From Sphingomonadales bacterium (GTDB lineage: Bacteria; Pseudomonadota; Alphaproteobacteria; Sphingomonadales; Sphingomonadaceae), in assembly GCA_014763545.1 (NCBI GenBank), contig JACXVD010000007.1, positions 815 to 64,814 on the forward strand: a stretch of 64,000 bases of DNA, read 5' to 3'. Shown here in pieces: positions 62,710 through 64,000 of the stretch (positions are counted from its first letter, which is position 1; the number at the start of each line of letters is the position of its first letter). The notes below the pieces were generated by a model. That model worked only from the letters and a program-made list of their open reading frames with translations, was not told where the DNA came from and made no database searches. The position numbers were made by a program, and so were the translations under genes.

Positions 62710-63642
62710 ATGGCGACACGGCACTTCCTCGACCTGTCGGATGCCGGGGGCGATGCCATCGCGGCGATGATCGGCGATGCCATCGATCGCAAGGCGGCAC
62801 GCCGCATCTGGCCCAAGGGCCAGTCCGATGCGGACGCGCCGCTCGCCGGGCGGGTGCTGGCGATGATCTTCGAGAAAAGCTCGACCCGCACACGGGTGAG
62901 TTTCGACATGGCGATGCGCCAGCTGGGCGGCAGCGCGCTGATCCTCGATGCCGGCACCAGCCAGCTCGGGCGCGGGGAAACGATTGCCGATACGGCGCGC
63001 GTGCTCAGCCGCATGGCCGATGCGATCATGATCCGTACCGACGACCATGCGAAGATCGAGGAAATGGCGCGCCACGCCACCGTGCCGGTGATCAACGGAC
63101 TGACCGACCGCTCGCATCCCTGCCAGATCGTGGCGGATCTGCTGACCGTGATCGAGCACGGCAAGCCGCTACCGGGGCTGGAAGTTGCTTGGCTGGGCGA
63201 TGGCAACAATGTGCTGCACTCGGTTCTCGAAGCGGCCGCGCTGATGAAGTTCAACGTCCGCGTGGGTGTGCCCGAAGGCTACGATCCCGAACCGCAATTC
63301 GTCGAACTGGCGCGTGCTGCCGGCTCGCGCGTGACGATTACCCGTGATGCGGAGGAGGCAGCTGCGGCTGCCGATGTCGTTGTCACCGACACATGGGTGT
63401 CGATGGGCCAGGCGCATGCCGAGGAAAAGCTGGCGGCGATGGAACCCTATCGCGTCGATGGCGCTCTGATGGCGCGGGCGAAGGGCGACGCCATCTTCCT
63501 GCACTGCCTGCCCGCCCATGTCGGCGACGAGGTGAGCGAGGATGTGTTCGAAGGGCCGCAGTCGGTGGTTTTCGACGAGGCGGAAAACCGTATCCATGCG
63601 CAGAAATCGGTGCTGCTGTGGTGCTTCGGACTACTCGGCTGA
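62710..63642 (+). CDS. argF: Ornithine carbamoyltransferase
   Basis: STRTR carbamoyl-phosphate motif, HPCQ, DTWVSMG and HCLP. Confidence 0.95.
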   Translation: MATRHFLDLSDAGGDAIAAMIGDAIDRKAARRIWPKGQSDADAPLAGRVLAMIFEKSSTRTRVSFDMAMRQLGGSALILDAGTSQLGRGETIADTARVLSRMADAIMIRTDDHAKIEEMARHATVPVINGLTDRSHPCQIVADLLTVIEHGKPLPGLEVAWLGDGNNVLHSVLEAAALMKFNVRVGVPEGYDPEPQFVELARAAGSRVTITRDAEEAAAAADVVVTDTWVSMGQAHAEEKLAAMEPYRVDGALMARAKGDAIFLHCLPAHVGDEVSEDVFEGPQSVVFDEAENRIHAQKSVLLWCFGLLG

Positions 63643-63699
63643 GCGGTGTGAGGGCGGCACGGCCTTTCGTTCGCGGTGCGCGCTTCCCATATGGCGGCC

Positions 63700-64000
63700 A
63701 TGACCGACGCAGCTGAAAACTTTGCCGACCGTTTGCTGGGCTTCACCATTCCTTCGCGCCACGCGCGCGGGCGGGCGCTGCGGCTCGACCGGGTGGTGGA
63801 CGAAATCCTGTCGGCGCACGACTATCCGGCGGCGATAACCCACCTGCTGGGTGAGGCGCTGGTGCTCGCCGCATTGATCGGTGGCTTGCTGAAGCAAAGC
63901 GGCGACCAGCTGACCATGCAGGCGCAGACCGAAGGCGGCGTGGTGAAGCTGCTGGTGTGCGACTATCGCGATGGCGAATTGCGCGGCTATGTGGATTTCG
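63700..64000 (+). CDS. hslO: Hsp33-family redox chaperone, 5' part (runs off the window)
   Basis: Hand translation MTDAAENFADRLLGFTIPSRHARGRALRLD...GEALVLAALIGGLLK... is open to the end of the window. Not in the ORF track because there is no stop. An in-frame ATG at 63691 is also possible. Confidence 0.75.
   Translation, partial: MTDAAENFADRLLGFTIPSRHARGRALRLDRVVDEILSAHDYPAAITHLLGEALVLAALIGGLLKQSGDQLTMQAQTEGGVVKLLVCDYRDGELRGYVDF

Overview
High-GC (hand counts of about 65-70% per 60-nt line) chromosomal segment. Gene content suggests an alphaproteobacterium, probably Sphingomonadales-like: mipZ, petABC, a tonB-exbB-exbD cluster, a two-domain cold-shock protein. That assignment is inference only. 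Most of the window is densely packed housekeeping DNA: ltaE, pepN, petABC, apt, tRNA-Gly, selO, panC, mipZ, a phosphomannomutase, speB-like, an Lhr-type helicase, tonB-exbB-exbDx3, hom, glpX, prs, rpmI-rplT, pheST, prfC, glnK-amtB plus a second P-II gene, argD-argF and the hslO 5' end. Many starts were moved inward from the six-frame track, because high GC inflates ORFs and creates long antisense shadow ORFs.

Two patches have clearly lower GC and look horizontally acquired.

(1) About 34.9-36.9 kb, between glpX and prs. It holds a divergent gene pair: a SMUG/MUG-like UDG-superfamily glycosylase (GLNPGG ... HPS motifs) and a DnaB-C-terminal/RecA-fold protein whose Walker A and catalytic Glu are degenerate. 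Immediately upstream are a diverged 38-bp duplicate of the glpX 3' end (an att-like scar) and an HTH protein. This is my best candidate for an undescribed system: a glycosylase-based defence module or a mobile-element remnant.

(2) The first ~900 bp. It holds a coiled-coil/two-TM protein, possibly cut by the window edge, followed by clustered AATTCCGGG-type direct repeats at the GC boundary.

No CRISPR array, integrase, transposase or rRNA was seen.
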